A DNA stretch of 64,000 nucleotides from an uncultured Actinomycetes bacterium (GCA_963827705.1 CAWHBN010000001.1:41973-105972), one strand, 5' to 3'. Shown: positions 16,897 to 27,176, counted from the first letter of the stretch. The notes: a model not told the origin generated them from the sequence alone. A program made the numbers and translations.

Positions 16897-18429
16897 ATGG
16901 ACGAAGCCGGACTGGCGGAGCTCGCTGGGATCGTCGGCGCCGGCGGCGCCGCGCTGGCCGTTCTGGCCGGGCGAAGAGCCACCCTCCTGGCCGGGTTCGG
17001 GCTGCTCGCCCTCGCCGAGGCGTTGCTCGCTGTTTCGATCGCCGGTACCGGCGCGCTGGACAAGGCCGCGTCGGCTGCCGCGGTCGGCGCGGGGGCCGGC
17101 GGCCTCGTCGTCGTGGCCTTGGCGGCCGCGGTCTTCGTGCGCTTTCCGCTGCTGACGATCCCGGCGCTCGTTGTGGCGGCGCCCTTCCGGCCGCCCCTCG
17201 ACTTCGACCGCGAATACCGGTTCTTCTTCGCGCTCGCAGAGGGAGGCCGGCTCGGACGGCTCATCCCGCTCTACGCGGTGCTCACGGCCTCGGCAGCGGC
17301 GTTCCTGTACCGAACGCTGCGTCGCAACGAGATCGTCGCCCCACCGCGGCTGATCGCCGTGCCGACAGCGGCGTTCCTGGCGTTCGCCTCGCTGTCACTG
17401 CTGTGGTCGCACGACATCGAGGCGGGAGCGAACCTGCTCGCGTTCTTCCTCCTTCCTTTCGCCGCGCTCGTCGCGATCGTCGCCCGGGCCGACCTTGCTC
17501 CCTGGCTACCGCGCGCGCTGGCGGTGATCGCGATCGGCCTCGCGTCTGCCTTCGCGGCCTTCGGCCTCTGGCAGCAGGTGACGAAGGATCTCCTCTTCTA
17601 CGAGCCGAAGCTCGAGGTCGCCAACGCCTACTCCCCGTTCTTCCGCGTGACCTCGTTCTTCACCGATCCCAGCCTGTACGGCCGGCACGTCGTGCTCGGG
17701 TTCGCGGTGCTCCTGGTACTGCTCTGGGCGGGCAAGATCAGCGTCGCCCTCGCCGCGCCGCTGATGGTGCTGCTCTTCGCCGGCCTCTACTTCTCCTACT
17801 CGCAGTCGAGCATGGCCGCGCTCTTCGTCGTCACAGCGGCGGTGACGATCGTCGCCGGGGATCGCCTCGCGAGGCGCATCGTGCTCGTCGCCACCGCGGT
17901 CGCCGTGCTCGTCGCCGCCGGATTCGTGGGCCTGCAGGCGCGCGACAAGTCGATCCGCGAGCTGACGAGCGGCCGGTGGCAGCGGGCAGAGTTGACGATC
18001 GACGTCGTCCGCGAGCAGCCGCTGCTCGGCGTCGGACTGGGCGCACAGCCGAAGGTCAGCCGCGAGCTCGGCGCCGGGCAGAACGCCCGCGAGGCGAGGT
18101 TCGTGTCGCACACGACGCCGCTCACGGTCGCCGCGGAGCTCGGCCTCGTCGGCTTTGCGCTGTACCTGGTGCTGCTGCTGGCGGCGATCAGGATGCTCGC
18201 GCTGCTCCGCGAGACCCTGCCGACGCTCGCGCTGGCGCTCGGGGCTGTGCTGCTCGCGCTCTTCACGCACTCACTTGCCTACAGCGGCTTCTTCGAGGAC
18301 CCGATCACCTGGCTCACACTCGGTGTGGGCGCCGCGTATCTCGCAGTCCCGGCGCCTGCCCGGGAACCGGCGCCGGCCCCCGCCGACAGCGGGACGATCG
18401 CGAGCCCACAACCCGTGCCGAGCAAGTGA
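16897..18429 (+). CDS. O-antigen ligase/polymerase-like (Wzy_C) membrane protein
   Basis: 510-aa polytopic ORF with YFSYSQSSMAAL and HTTPLTVAAELGLVGF. The overlapping 979-aa ORF 16809.. is a frame artefact upstream of 18426. Confidence 0.8.
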   Translation: MDEAGLAELAGIVGAGGAALAVLAGRRATLLAGFGLLALAEALLAVSIAGTGALDKAASAAAVGAGAGGLVVVALAAAVFVRFPLLTIPALVVAAPFRPPLDFDREYRFFFALAEGGRLGRLIPLYAVLTASAAAFLYRTLRRNEIVAPPRLIAVPTAAFLAFASLSLLWSHDIEAGANLLAFFLLPFAALVAIVARADLAPWLPRALAVIAIGLASAFAAFGLWQQVTKDLLFYEPKLEVANAYSPFFRVTSFFTDPSLYGRHVVLGFAVLLVLLWAGKISVALAAPLMVLLFAGLYFSYSQSSMAALFVVTAAVTIVAGDRLARRIVLVATAVAVLVAAGFVGLQARDKSIRELTSGRWQRAELTIDVVREQPLLGVGLGAQPKVSRELGAGQNAREARFVSHTTPLTVAAELGLVGFALYLVLLLAAIRMLALLRETLPTLALALGAVLLALFTHSLAYSGFFEDPITWLTLGVGAAYLAVPAPAREPAPAPADSGTIASPQPVPSK

Positions 18430-19748
18430 CGCGACGCGAGGCCGGCGCCGTCCTCGGCGTCCTGGGGATCCTCGTCGCGATCACAGTGCCGGAGCTTGGA
18501 TCAGAGGCTTGGCCCTTCAGAGTGCGCTCGGGCGTCACGGATCCACAAGGGCCGTTCGGCTGGCTGGTGAGGGCAGCCGACCGGGACTTCGACATCGCGC
18601 TGCTGCGGTCCGGTGCGCTGGTGGCGGGGCTGGTCGTCGCGCTCAGCGCGGCGGTAGTCCTTGCGCGCCGCACCGTCCCACGAGCGGCCGTATTCGCAAT
18701 CTGCGCAGCCGTCGTCGGGCTCCTGATCCTGCCGGCGACCTTCCTCCAGGTCGGCCTGCGCGACGCGACCGAGCCGTGGTACCACGTCAATGACTCGACG
18801 TACCAGATCGAGATCGCCGGCGACCTGGTCCTTGACGGCGAGAACCCGTATGGGCACGACTACCGCGACTCCGGGCTCGAGCGCTGGTACCCGGCCGCCC
18901 AGCCGGAGGTGAGGATCCCGCAGGTCGCGCTCGACCACTTCGCGTACTTCCCCGGTACTGCAATGACGGCTGCGGCTTGGCGGCTCCTTCCCGAGCCGTT
19001 CGACGACTACCGGCTGCTCGTCCTGCTCTGCACGCTCGGCCTCTTCGGCGCCGCGCTGCTCTTCGACGCACCATTCCACTGGCGGCTCGCCGCCGGCGCC
19101 GCACTCGCCGCCAACCCGCTGGCGGTGACCGCTGCATGGTTCGGGACCGCCGATGCGCCGTCCCTGCTCCTGACCGTGTTGGCGTTCGTCTTCGTGGCCA
19201 GGACGCGCTACCTGGCGGCCGCAGCGTGCATCGCGGGCGCCATCCTCCTGAAGCAGTTCGCGCTGATCGCCCTGCCCTTCCTTGCCGTGATGATGCTGAC
19301 CCGCGGCGCTCCGAGGCGGGTGCTCTGGCAGTCGGCGGCGCTGTTCGCGGGCATCGTCGCCCTCGGGATCCTTCCGTTCGCGATCTGGGATCCGGGCGCG
19401 CTCTGGGACGACACGATCGCCTACGGGGCTCAGACCTACCGGATCATCGGCTACGGGCTCGCCGGCGTGCTGCTCGAGATCGGCATTCTCGACGACCGGT
19501 TCGGGCCCTACCCGTTCCTCCCGCTCGCCGTGGTGCTCTGGCTACCGGTCACGGCGTGGCTGCTGTGGACGCAGTGGCGCTCTCGCCGGTTGTGGATCGG
19601 CGCGGCGGCGTTTGCGGCGTCGATCTTCGGCCTGCTCTACCTTGGCCGCGTTTTCCAGAACTCGTACTTGATCTGGCCTTTGACTGCCGTGCTCGTTGCC
19701 TTCTTGCTTGCCTACGCTGAGCGCGACGATTCTTCGGTGCAAAGCTGA
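18426..19748 (+). CDS. Polytopic membrane protein, GT-C-like glycosyltransferase (DUF2029/GT87-like)
   Basis: GTG 18426 overlaps the upstream stop (GTGA). It has more than 9 predicted TM helices and a periplasmic loop YHVNDSTYQIEIAGDLVLDGENPYGHDY. The family assignment is tentative. Confidence 0.6.
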   Translation: MTRREAGAVLGVLGILVAITVPELGSEAWPFRVRSGVTDPQGPFGWLVRAADRDFDIALLRSGALVAGLVVALSAAVVLARRTVPRAAVFAICAAVVGLLILPATFLQVGLRDATEPWYHVNDSTYQIEIAGDLVLDGENPYGHDYRDSGLERWYPAAQPEVRIPQVALDHFAYFPGTAMTAAAWRLLPEPFDDYRLLVLLCTLGLFGAALLFDAPFHWRLAAGAALAANPLAVTAAWFGTADAPSLLLTVLAFVFVARTRYLAAAACIAGAILLKQFALIALPFLAVMMLTRGAPRRVLWQSAALFAGIVALGILPFAIWDPGALWDDTIAYGAQTYRIIGYGLAGVLLEIGILDDRFGPYPFLPLAVVLWLPVTAWLLWTQWRSRRLWIGAAAFAASIFGLLYLGRVFQNSYLIWPLTAVLVAFLLAYAERDDSSVQS

Positions 19749-21174
19749 AGACGCGCGAGCGCCCGACGATGTAGAGATGCTGGCTGTCGGCGATGGCGGG
19801 ACTGAAGACTCCGTCGGGCCAGCGCCAGACGAGCTTCCCGGTGAGGGCGTTCAAGGCGTAGGTGCCGCGGTCGCCGCTCCTGGACGACCGGGAGGCGTTG
19901 CGGCCACAGCGGGGGCAGGCGGCGAAGTAGACGAGACCGTCGATGACGCTCGGCGCGCCGTGGATCGCGGACGAGGCCTGGAAGCGCCACAGCCGGTCCC
20001 CGGTCGCCGCGTTGAACGCCATGAACTGACCGTCGTACGTGCCGACGTAGACCCGCTGCCGCCAGACCGCGGCCGCCGTGTAGATGTAGTTGCCGGCGCG
20101 CTGGGCCCACAGCAGCCGGCCGCTCGAGGCGCCGAAGGCGTAGAGCGTGCCGTCCGTGTTCCCGACGAAGACGCGGCCGTACGCGATCGTCGGCGTGGCG
20201 TAGAAGAACTCGCGGCGCCCGAAGCGGGAGAGCGCTTGAGCGCGCCAACGAAGGCGTCCCGTGCGGGCGTCAAGCGCGTAGACGCTGCCGCCGTCCGTTC
20301 CGAAATAGACCTTCCCGTTCGCGAACGCCGGAGAGCTGTTGACCTCGGCGTCGGCGGTGAACGTCCAGCGGGCCTTGCCGGTGTAGATGTTGACCGCATG
20401 GAGCTTGTGGTCCCACGACCCGACGTAGAGCGTCTTGCCCACGACGAGCGGTGACGACTCGAACACGCCCGCCCGGTAGCGCCAGACGATCTTCCCGGTG
20501 CGAGCCGCCATCGCCACGACCTGTCCGGGCTGGTTCCGCGGGAACCGGTTGCAGGGCAGCGGCTGCATCCACGAGTGGTAGACGACGCGGTAGGCGATCG
20601 TCGGCGAGGCCGCGGAGCAGTGGTTGAACCGCCGCTGCCAGACGACCTTGCCGGTGCGGTGGTGGATGGCGAAGAACCGACCGCGCTGCTGGGCGAAATA
20701 GAGACGGCCGTACGCGATCGAGGGCGGGAACTCGAGCACGTGGCCCGCCTTGAACGTCCAGCGCAGCCGGAACGGCGGGCGGATCTTGAAGTCCTCGGAC
20801 GTGTGCGTGCGCTGCACGCGCAGGCCGTACGTCGGCCAGGGGAGGCGGAGGACGACGCGGCGCGGCCGCGGCGCCTCGGGCGCCTTCGCCTTCTGCGTCG
20901 TCACGAACTCCTCCGTCGACGAGCCGCGCTTGTACTCGATCGTCGACTCCTCGTGGAGCCAGACACCGGCCAGGAAGCCCGGGATCGCGGCGGCGAGCGC
21001 GATCCCGGCGATGGCGAAGATCCGGTTCCCGTTCAGGGCCTCCGCACCACCACGAGCGCGGAGTCGCGCCGACCAGAGACCTCGACCACGAGCGGGTAGC
21101 GACCCGGAGTGGCAGGCGCCCGCAGCCGCAGGATGCGGACCCGGGCGGACCCGACGCGGCGTCCCAGCCGCCAC
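19549..21174 (-). CDS. PQQ-like beta-propeller repeat protein (BamB-like fold) with an N-terminal membrane anchor; both ends uncertain
   Basis: Repeated G.lyvg..dg.lyA.d..tG...W units (GKTLYVGSWDHKLHAVNIYTGKARW, GKVYFGTDGGSVYALDARTGRLRW, and others). Its only canonical start (ATG 21174) overlaps the upstream gene by 142 nt, and its 3' tail overlaps the convergent gene by 200 nt. Confidence 0.7.
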   Translation of the reverse strand: MAAGTPRRVRPGPHPAAAGACHSGSLPARGRGLWSARLRARGGAEALNGNRIFAIAGIALAAAIPGFLAGVWLHEESTIEYKRGSSTEEFVTTQKAKAPEAPRPRRVVLRLPWPTYGLRVQRTHTSEDFKIRPPFRLRWTFKAGHVLEFPPSIAYGRLYFAQQRGRFFAIHHRTGKVVWQRRFNHCSAASPTIAYRVVYHSWMQPLPCNRFPRNQPGQVVAMAARTGKIVWRYRAGVFESSPLVVGKTLYVGSWDHKLHAVNIYTGKARWTFTADAEVNSSPAFANGKVYFGTDGGSVYALDARTGRLRWRAQALSRFGRREFFYATPTIAYGRVFVGNTDGTLYAFGASSGRLLWAQRAGNYIYTAAAVWRQRVYVGTYDGQFMAFNAATGDRLWRFQASSAIHGAPSVIDGLVYFAACPRCGRNASRSSRSGDRGTYALNALTGKLVWRWPDGVFSPAIADSQHLYIVGRSRVFSFAPKNRRAQRRQARRQRARQSKARSSTSSGKRGQGRAGRRSTPQTPPRRSTTGESATASTAATP

Positions 21175-21947
21175 GAGTAGCGCCGTGCGTCGGTCGAGAC
21201 GCGGACGGAGAAGCCGGCGCGGGGGCGGGCGCGGATCACCTCGGCCGCGATGTCGACATAACGGATGCGCACGTCGAACGGCCCGGTCGGCGGGCTGCGG
21301 TTGCCGGCGGCGTCGACCGCTGCGACCGAGAGGCGGTACGGCCCGCGGCGCCGTCCCTTGGGCGACCAGACGATCGCCCCGTTCCGCCGCAGCGCTGTCT
21401 TGATCTCCTGCCGACCGTCAACGAGCAGCAGCGCGTTCACCGGCTCGGACGCCCGGTACCGGATCGTGAGCTCGTCGGCGCGCCCGTCGTCGTCGGGCGA
21501 GATGACCCGCGGCCTCAACCGCGTGATCTCGAGCTCGGCCGGGGTCGTGTCGACGCGCATCCGGCGCGGAAACTCGATCGCACGGTCGAGCTTGGCGAGC
21601 TCGATATGCGGCCGATAGTTCCCCTCCGGTACGACCTGGCCGGAATCGTTCCGGCCGTCCCAGCCGAAGGCGTGGCTGCCGCGTCCGAAGCTGACGTCCC
21701 GAAGCAGGGTGCGGACGACCTGGCCGTCCTCGTCCAGGACCGTGAGGGTGAGCCGGTCCGACTGGCGGAGCCTGAACGCGATCTGCGCGGTCTGGCTCTC
21801 GCATCGACAGGTGGGGGAAAACGTCGGCGTGATCCGCGGCCGCGCGATCGGATCGGGCTCCAGCTTCAGCTCCTCCGTGACGACGAATGCCGCGGCCGTC
21901 CCGGCAAGCAGGAGCAGAACGAGGATCGTGCGCAGGTGCCGGGCCAC
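21033..21947 (-). CDS. Membrane-anchored protein with FlgD-Ig-like domains
   Basis: GTG 21947 (VARHLRTILVLLLLAGTAAAF). FGWDGRNDSGQVVPEGNY is the FlgD_ig hallmark. Confidence 0.7.
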   Translation of the reverse strand: MARHLRTILVLLLLAGTAAAFVVTEELKLEPDPIARPRITPTFSPTCRCESQTAQIAFRLRQSDRLTLTVLDEDGQVVRTLLRDVSFGRGSHAFGWDGRNDSGQVVPEGNYRPHIELAKLDRAIEFPRRMRVDTTPAELEITRLRPRVISPDDDGRADELTIRYRASEPVNALLLVDGRQEIKTALRRNGAIVWSPKGRRRGPYRLSVAAVDAAGNRSPPTGPFDVRIRYVDIAAEVIRARPRAGFSVRVSTDARRYSWRLGRRVGSARVRILRLRAPATPGRYPLVVEVSGRRDSALVVVRRP

Positions 21948-22017
21948 GCCCGCCGAGTGTAGAGACGGGTTGTTCGGGGCCAGTGAAGGACCGGAGCGCC
22001 TGGCTACCATCCACGCC

Positions 22018-23745
22018 GTGACGAAGCTTCTGGTCGCAGGGGTCGCGGCGCTCGCGCTCTTTGCCGGAACAGCACAGGAGGCGCGAGCTGCGGACGCGTG
22101 CGGCCTGCCGAAGAGGGGGGCTGCTACTGCGTGGGTCGACTTCGCCGACGGCTCCGTGCCCTTCTGGTACCGCTTTGCGCGGCCCGGGGTCATCGCCGCC
22201 GCCTCGAACTTCATCTACCCGCCGAAGCTCCGGAGTGCCGGCGCGAAGACCGTCTACTTCGACCTGTATATGAACAGCCGCACGGGGACGCCGGCCAAGC
22301 CGACGACGGCACAGGAGACCGTCGACTGGGCGCAGCGGATCTTCTACCGGGCCGTCGCGTCGGCGGATTGCGCTCGGCCGTGGATGGCGCTGAACGAGCT
22401 CTTCGGCGCGCACACGACGACCCCGTGGACGACGAACAACGCCCAGTACCGGGGCAACGTCCTCCTGTTCGCGAAGACCCTTCGCGAGCTCGGCGCCCGG
22501 CCGTTCATCCTCATCTCGAGCAAGCCGTACACACAGGGCGACGCCGGAAACTGGTGGCGCGAAGCGTCGCACTATGCCGACCTCGTCCAAGAGGTCTACT
22601 TCACGGGCCGACTGATCCATCGCCAGGGCACGGTGGCGGGCAGCCGCACGATCAGAAACCGCTTCAGGGAAGCCGTACGGACGTTCACGGACATCGGGAT
22701 CCCGTCGCGCAGGATCGGGATCATGCTCGGCTTCCAGGCCTCGAACCGCGGGTCGATGCCGCCGATCGCCTGGTTCGAGCACGTCAAGCTCCAGGCGCTC
22801 GCAGCGAAGCAGGTCGCGCGGGAGGCGCGGATCGGCACCGTCTGGTCGTGGGGCTGGCAGGCGCGGAACACGGCCCAGGCCGATCCGGACAAGGAAGTCG
22901 GCGCCTGCATCTGGCTCTGGACGCGCGATCCGCGGCTGTGCGCCGGCCCTGAGGCCGCCGGGCCCGACTTCGACAAGACGCTGACGCAGGGGCAGATCAC
23001 GTTGCCGCGCGGCGTGCGCTGCGAGGTGGCCGGCAACGCGATCAGCTACGGCAGCGTCCGCCGGCTCTCGCGGGTGATCGGAGACGGAGGGGTGGCCTTC
23101 TCGGCCGCCTATTCGCAGGCGGTGCTCGCCGGTCTCGTCGAGGTCCCGCGCGCGGATGTCCTCGCCGCCGTCCGAGGGATCATTCGGTCGCGATTCCGAG
23201 GCAGTAGAGCGGCCTACCGCAGAGCGCTTGCCCGGGCGGGCGCCACGGAGGGCCTCGCGCGGGGGATCATCGCCGACGAGCTCCGCCAGCAGCGGATGGG
23301 CCGCCGGTTCCGGGCGCCGAGCCCGACGGGACAGCAGATCCTCGAGTATCACGAGAACTTCTCCGCCCAGCCGGCGCGGATGGTCGAGGTCAAGCCTCGC
23401 GCGTGGTGGCTCGGCGAGCGCCGCAGGGGTCTCGCGATCGGGTCGATCGCTCCGCCGCAGGTGTTCAGCCTGCCGGCGGGCAAGAAGGTGAAGATTCGGA
23501 CGGCCGACGGCGTCTACCAGGTGAAGGCGGAGGACGAGACCATGCCGCTCGGCGCCTTCCCGGTCGGCATCGCGCGAAACGCCGTCGTGTCCGCTCTGCG
23601 CGAGACCGCGCGCCGGCAGCTCTTCGAGCGCTGGTTCAACCGACCGCTGAACGACCAGCTGAAGAACCTGCGCTGCGCGGACGACCAGCTGCCGGCCGTG
23701 GCAGTGGTCGACATGACGACCTTCCTGCCGTTCTTGACGCTCTGA
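22018..23745 (+). CDS. Secreted hypothetical protein
   Basis: GTG 22018 with signal peptide VTKLLVAGVAALALFAGTAQEARA. The 575-aa coding frame is consistent throughout, but I recognise no family. Confidence 0.65.
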   Translation: MTKLLVAGVAALALFAGTAQEARAADACGLPKRGAATAWVDFADGSVPFWYRFARPGVIAAASNFIYPPKLRSAGAKTVYFDLYMNSRTGTPAKPTTAQETVDWAQRIFYRAVASADCARPWMALNELFGAHTTTPWTTNNAQYRGNVLLFAKTLRELGARPFILISSKPYTQGDAGNWWREASHYADLVQEVYFTGRLIHRQGTVAGSRTIRNRFREAVRTFTDIGIPSRRIGIMLGFQASNRGSMPPIAWFEHVKLQALAAKQVAREARIGTVWSWGWQARNTAQADPDKEVGACIWLWTRDPRLCAGPEAAGPDFDKTLTQGQITLPRGVRCEVAGNAISYGSVRRLSRVIGDGGVAFSAAYSQAVLAGLVEVPRADVLAAVRGIIRSRFRGSRAAYRRALARAGATEGLARGIIADELRQQRMGRRFRAPSPTGQQILEYHENFSAQPARMVEVKPRAWWLGERRRGLAIGSIAPPQVFSLPAGKKVKIRTADGVYQVKAEDETMPLGAFPVGIARNAVVSALRETARRQLFERWFNRPLNDQLKNLRCADDQLPAVAVVDMTTFLPFLTL

Positions 23746-23780
23746 GGTGAGTGCGCCGGGGGAAACCCGGCGCACTCACC
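23746..23780. terminator. Bidirectional terminator hairpin between convergent genes
   Basis: Perfect 15-bp stem GGTGAGTGCGCCGGG / CCCGGCGCACTCACC with loop GGAAA. Confidence 0.6.
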
Positions 23781-23789
23781 GTCGAGCCC

Positions 23790-24578
23790 CTAGAGGCCGT
23801 ACCTCGAGAGGAACGCCCGCGCGGACGGAGTGTCCGTACGCGAGGACACATTCGTCGAATAGCACGGGACGTCACCGGTGGAGGTGACGGCGAGCACGAC
23901 GTCGCCGTCGTTCGGTGCTGCGCCGAGGAACGTGGGGCCGCCGGAGTCGCCGTAACAGGCCCCGCTGTCGCCGTGTGCCGCGTTCTGGCTCATCTTCAGC
24001 GCATCCGTTGTGAGCGCATTGAAGCCGCCGATCCCGTATCCGCGGTCACCCTCGAACGGGAACTGCGGGCCGTTCTCGCCCTTGACGATGATCTTCTCGC
24101 TCGTTCCGTACCCGACGACGGTCAGCTTCGTCTTCTGGTTGAGCCCGAGCGTGTCGAGGTAGCCGACCGTGGTCGGAACCTGCGCAAGCGGAATGGACAC
24201 CGGCGCAGCGGTCTTGAGCACCATCACGGAGACGTCGCTCTTGTAGCCGCCGCGATAGGCCGGGTTCGTCACCGCCGTCGCCTCGATCAGCCCGCTCGGG
24301 AACGGCTCGATGTCCGTCTCATCGAAGGTGACGTAGTCGGGCCGCGGATCGGCCTCCAGGAACGCGGTGCAGTGGCTCGCCGTCAAGAAGATCGTGCGCG
24401 AGACCAGGGTCCCCGAGCAGACCTCCGCGTAGCCGACTCCGCTGCGCGCCGGAACCATGATCGCTCCGACGTTCGGATGCAGACCGTTGTCCGGGAAGCC
24501 GTTCGTGGTCACCGCCTGGGCGCCGGCGGCCCACACGCTGCAAGCGGCGAGAGCCGCGACAAGCAGCAATTTCTTCAC
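23790..24578 (-). CDS. Secreted trypsin-like serine protease (S1 family)
   Basis: GTG 24578 follows AAGGGGGGA. Signal peptide VKKLLLVAALAACSVWAAGAQA; catalytic motifs TASHC and GDSGGP. Confidence 0.85.
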   Translation of the reverse strand: MKKLLLVAALAACSVWAAGAQAVTTNGFPDNGLHPNVGAIMVPARSGVGYAEVCSGTLVSRTIFLTASHCTAFLEADPRPDYVTFDETDIEPFPSGLIEATAVTNPAYRGGYKSDVSVMVLKTAAPVSIPLAQVPTTVGYLDTLGLNQKTKLTVVGYGTSEKIIVKGENGPQFPFEGDRGYGIGGFNALTTDALKMSQNAAHGDSGACYGDSGGPTFLGAAPNDGDVVLAVTSTGDVPCYSTNVSSRTDTPSARAFLSRYGL

Positions 24579-24613
24579 GTTTCCCCCCTTCCTGCGATTG
24601 GAAGGGGCGGATC

Positions 24614-25576
24614 CTAACTCCGATATAGAGAGTTCTGTACTTCTCTCGTCGCCACGAAGACCTGGGAGCCTTCCTCGAGCTCGAGCTGCTCGGCTTCCGA
24701 CTTCGTCATCTGCACCCACACCTCTCGGCCGTCCTCGAGCGCGAGGTCGGCGCGCACCTCGAAGCCGAGGTGGACGACCCGCTCGACCGTCGCACGCTCG
24801 GCCGACCCGTTCGGCTCGCGCCGCACCTCGATGTCGTGCGGGCGGACGAGCTCCTCGCCGAAGCTCGAGACGGGCCCGATGAACGTCATCACGAACTCGT
24901 TCGCCGGCCGCTCGTAGAGGTCGCGCGCACCGCCGATCTGCTCGACACGGCCCTCGTTCATGAGGACGATCTGGTCGGCGATCTCCATCGCCTCTTCCTG
25001 GTCGTGCGTCACGAAAATGGTCGTCACGTGCACCTCGTCGTGGAGGCGGCGGAGCCAGGCGCGGAGCTCCTTGCGAACACGCGCGTCGAGGGCGCCGAAC
25101 GGCTCGTCCAGGAGCAGCACCTTCGGCTCGACGGCGAGCGCCCGTGCGAGCGCCATCCGCTGTCGCTGTCCGCCCGAGAGCTGCGCCGGATAGCGCTTCG
25201 CGAGCCCGCCGAGCTGGACGAGGTCGAGGAGCTCGCCGACGCGCTCCTTGATCTCCGCCTTCGGCCGCTTGCGGATGGTCAGGCCAAACGCGACGTTGTC
25301 CCAGACGGTCATGTGCTTGAAGGCCGCGTAGTGCTGGAAGACGAAGCCGACGCCCCGCTTCTGCGGCGAGACGGTCGTCGCCTCCTCGCCCGAGATGAAG
25401 ACCTCGCCGGCGTCGGGCTGCTCGAGCCCGGCGATCACGCGAAGCAGCGTCGACTTCCCGCTGCCGCTCGGCCCGAGCAGCGCTGTCAGCGAGCCACTCT
25501 CGACCTCGACGGACACGTTGTCGATCGCCGTGAAGTCGCCGAAGCACTTCGAGACGTTGCGGACCTCGATCGCCAT
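24614..25576 (-). CDS. cysA: Sulfate/thiosulfate ABC transporter ATP-binding protein
   Basis: [15 protein letters not shown]...[12 protein letters not shown]...LSGGQRQR...LLLDEP, with a CysA-type C-terminal regulatory domain. The start overlaps the cysW stop (TGATG). Confidence 0.9.
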   Translation of the reverse strand: MAIEVRNVSKCFGDFTAIDNVSVEVESGSLTALLGPSGSGKSTLLRVIAGLEQPDAGEVFISGEEATTVSPQKRGVGFVFQHYAAFKHMTVWDNVAFGLTIRKRPKAEIKERVGELLDLVQLGGLAKRYPAQLSGGQRQRMALARALAVEPKVLLLDEPFGALDARVRKELRAWLRRLHDEVHVTTIFVTHDQEEAMEIADQIVLMNEGRVEQIGGARDLYERPANEFVMTFIGPVSSFGEELVRPHDIEVRREPNGSAERATVERVVHLGFEVRADLALEDGREVWVQMTKSEAEQLELEEGSQVFVATREVQNSLYRS

Positions 25577-26364
25577 CAGTGCTCGTCCTTTCGGAGCAGA
25601 GTCATCGCCAGCAGCGTCATGACGGCAAGGAGCGCGAGCACGACCGAAGCCGCGTACGCATCCTGCACCTCGAACGCCTGGAACCGCTCCTCGACGTGGA
25701 GCGTCATCGTCTCCGTGCGGCCGGCGATCCGCCCGGAGACGACGCTGACCGCGCCGAACTCGCCGAGCGCACGAGCGGTGGTCAGGACAACGCCATAGGC
25801 AACTCCCCAGCGGATCGCGGGAAGCGTCACGCGCCAGAAGGTCTGCCAAGAGGACGCACCGAGCGTGGCGGAGGCCTCCTCCTGCTCGTCGCCGATCTCA
25901 CGCAGGACGGGGACCACCTCACGGACGACGAACGGCAGCGAGACGAAGATGGTCGCCAGCACCATCCCGGGCAGCGCAAAGATCACCTGGAAGCCGTTGT
26001 CGATCAGCCAGCCGCCCCACCAGCCCTGGCGTCCGTACACGAGAACCAGCGCGAGCCCGACGACGACCGGCGACAGAGCCAGCGGCAGGTCCACGATGCT
26101 GTTCACGAGCCCGTGGCCGCGGAACTTCCGGCGAACGATCGCGAGCGCGCACATGATCCCGAAGACGGTGTTCAGAGGCACCGCGATCAACGCGATCAAG
26201 ATCGTCAGCCAGAGGGCGTGCAACGCCTCCGGCGTCGTGATCGCCGCGAAGAACTCTGCAATCCCGTCCTCGAACGCACGGAACACGACCAGCCCGACCG
26301 GGACGATGAGCAGCGCGGCGAGGTAGCCGAGCGCGGCGAATCTCAGGACGTACCTAGAGGTCAT
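25576..26364 (-). CDS. cysW: Sulfate ABC transporter permease
   Basis: 262-aa ORF with the EAA-loop region [22 protein letters not shown] and [15 protein letters not shown]. Confidence 0.9.
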   Translation of the reverse strand: MTSRYVLRFAALGYLAALLIVPVGLVVFRAFEDGIAEFFAAITTPEALHALWLTILIALIAVPLNTVFGIMCALAIVRRKFRGHGLVNSIVDLPLALSPVVVGLALVLVYGRQGWWGGWLIDNGFQVIFALPGMVLATIFVSLPFVVREVVPVLREIGDEQEEASATLGASSWQTFWRVTLPAIRWGVAYGVVLTTARALGEFGAVSVVSGRIAGRTETMTLHVEERFQAFEVQDAYAASVVLALLAVMTLLAMTLLRKDEH

Positions 26365-27176
26365 GCCTCGTGGCCCAGCGGCGCACGCCGCCGATCGCGA
26401 GCAGAACTCCGAGCGAGGCGACGAGCAGGACGACGGACACGGCGGCCGCGCCGGTGACGTTGTCGCTCTCGATCTGCCCGAAGATGTAGACGGACGCGAC
26501 CTCGGTCTTGAACGGCTGGTTGCCCGGAGATCAGGACGACGGCGCCGAACTCACCGAGCGCTCGGGCGAACCCGAGCGCCGTCCCCGACAGGATCGCCGG
26601 GAACAGGTTCGGGAAGACGACTCGCCTGAAGGTCTGGAGCGGTGTGGCGCCGAGCGAATGCGCCGCCTCCTCCATGTCGCGGTCGAGCTCGAGCAGCACC
26701 GGCTGCACGGTGCGGACGACGAACGGCAGGGTCACGAACAGCAGCGCGAGAACGAGCGCCCCCGTCGTGTACGCGACGTTCACTCCGATCGGGCTCCGCG
26801 GGCCGTAGAGCGCGAGCAGCGTCAGGCCGGCGACGATCGTCGGAAGCGCGAAGGGCAGGTCGATTAGCGCGTTCACCAGGCTCTTGCCGCGGAACGAGTC
26901 GCGGACGAGCACCCAGGCGGTCACCGTCCCGGCGACGGCATTGATCAGCACCACGCCGAGCGAGATCGCGAAGGTGAGCTTGAGCGCAGCGACCGCCTGC
27001 GGCTCGGTGATCGCATCCCAGAAAGCCTGTGCTCCGCCCTCCATGGAGCGGAGCACGAGCGCTGCGAGCGGGATCAGGACGATCACGCTCAGGTATCCGG
27101 TCGTCACGCCCAGGCTGAGCGTGGCTTCACGCCGCCTCCGGAGCGGTTTGGCGACCGGTTGCGCGACGCTACTCAA
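26354..27176 (-). pseudogene. cysT: Sulfate ABC transporter permease CysT interrupted by a +1 frameshift (extra G in a G-run at 26523-26525)
   Basis: The listed ORF ends in an Arg-rich tail (..VLISGQPAVQDRGRVRLHLRADRERQRHRRG). Shifting one base after ISG restores [55 protein letters not shown]. This is collinear with the E. coli CysU C-terminus as I recall it and ends at TAG 26354. Confidence 0.8.

Noticed and set aside
16809-18425. N-terminal 540 aa of the 979-aa ORF 16809..19748
   Set aside because: This part is an Arg-rich out-of-frame read-through of the O-antigen-ligase-like gene (16897-18429). Only the segment from GTG 18426 onward looks like a real membrane protein.
24585-24607. Hairpin CCCCTTCC-tgcgatt-GGAAGGGG after cysA, as a terminator
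   Set aside because: No U-tract follows on the transcribed (minus) strand, and the 3' arm is the Shine-Dalgarno region of the downstream protease gene. Its function is ambiguous, so it is not listed as a feature.
24579-25547. N-terminal 323 aa of ORF 23790..25547; the leading parts of ORFs 3299..4798 and 24614..25849 are similar cases
   Set aside because: These are Arg-rich extensions overlapping cysA or wzx in another frame. The genuine genes begin at internal starts with an RBS and either a signal peptide or family-typical N-termini.
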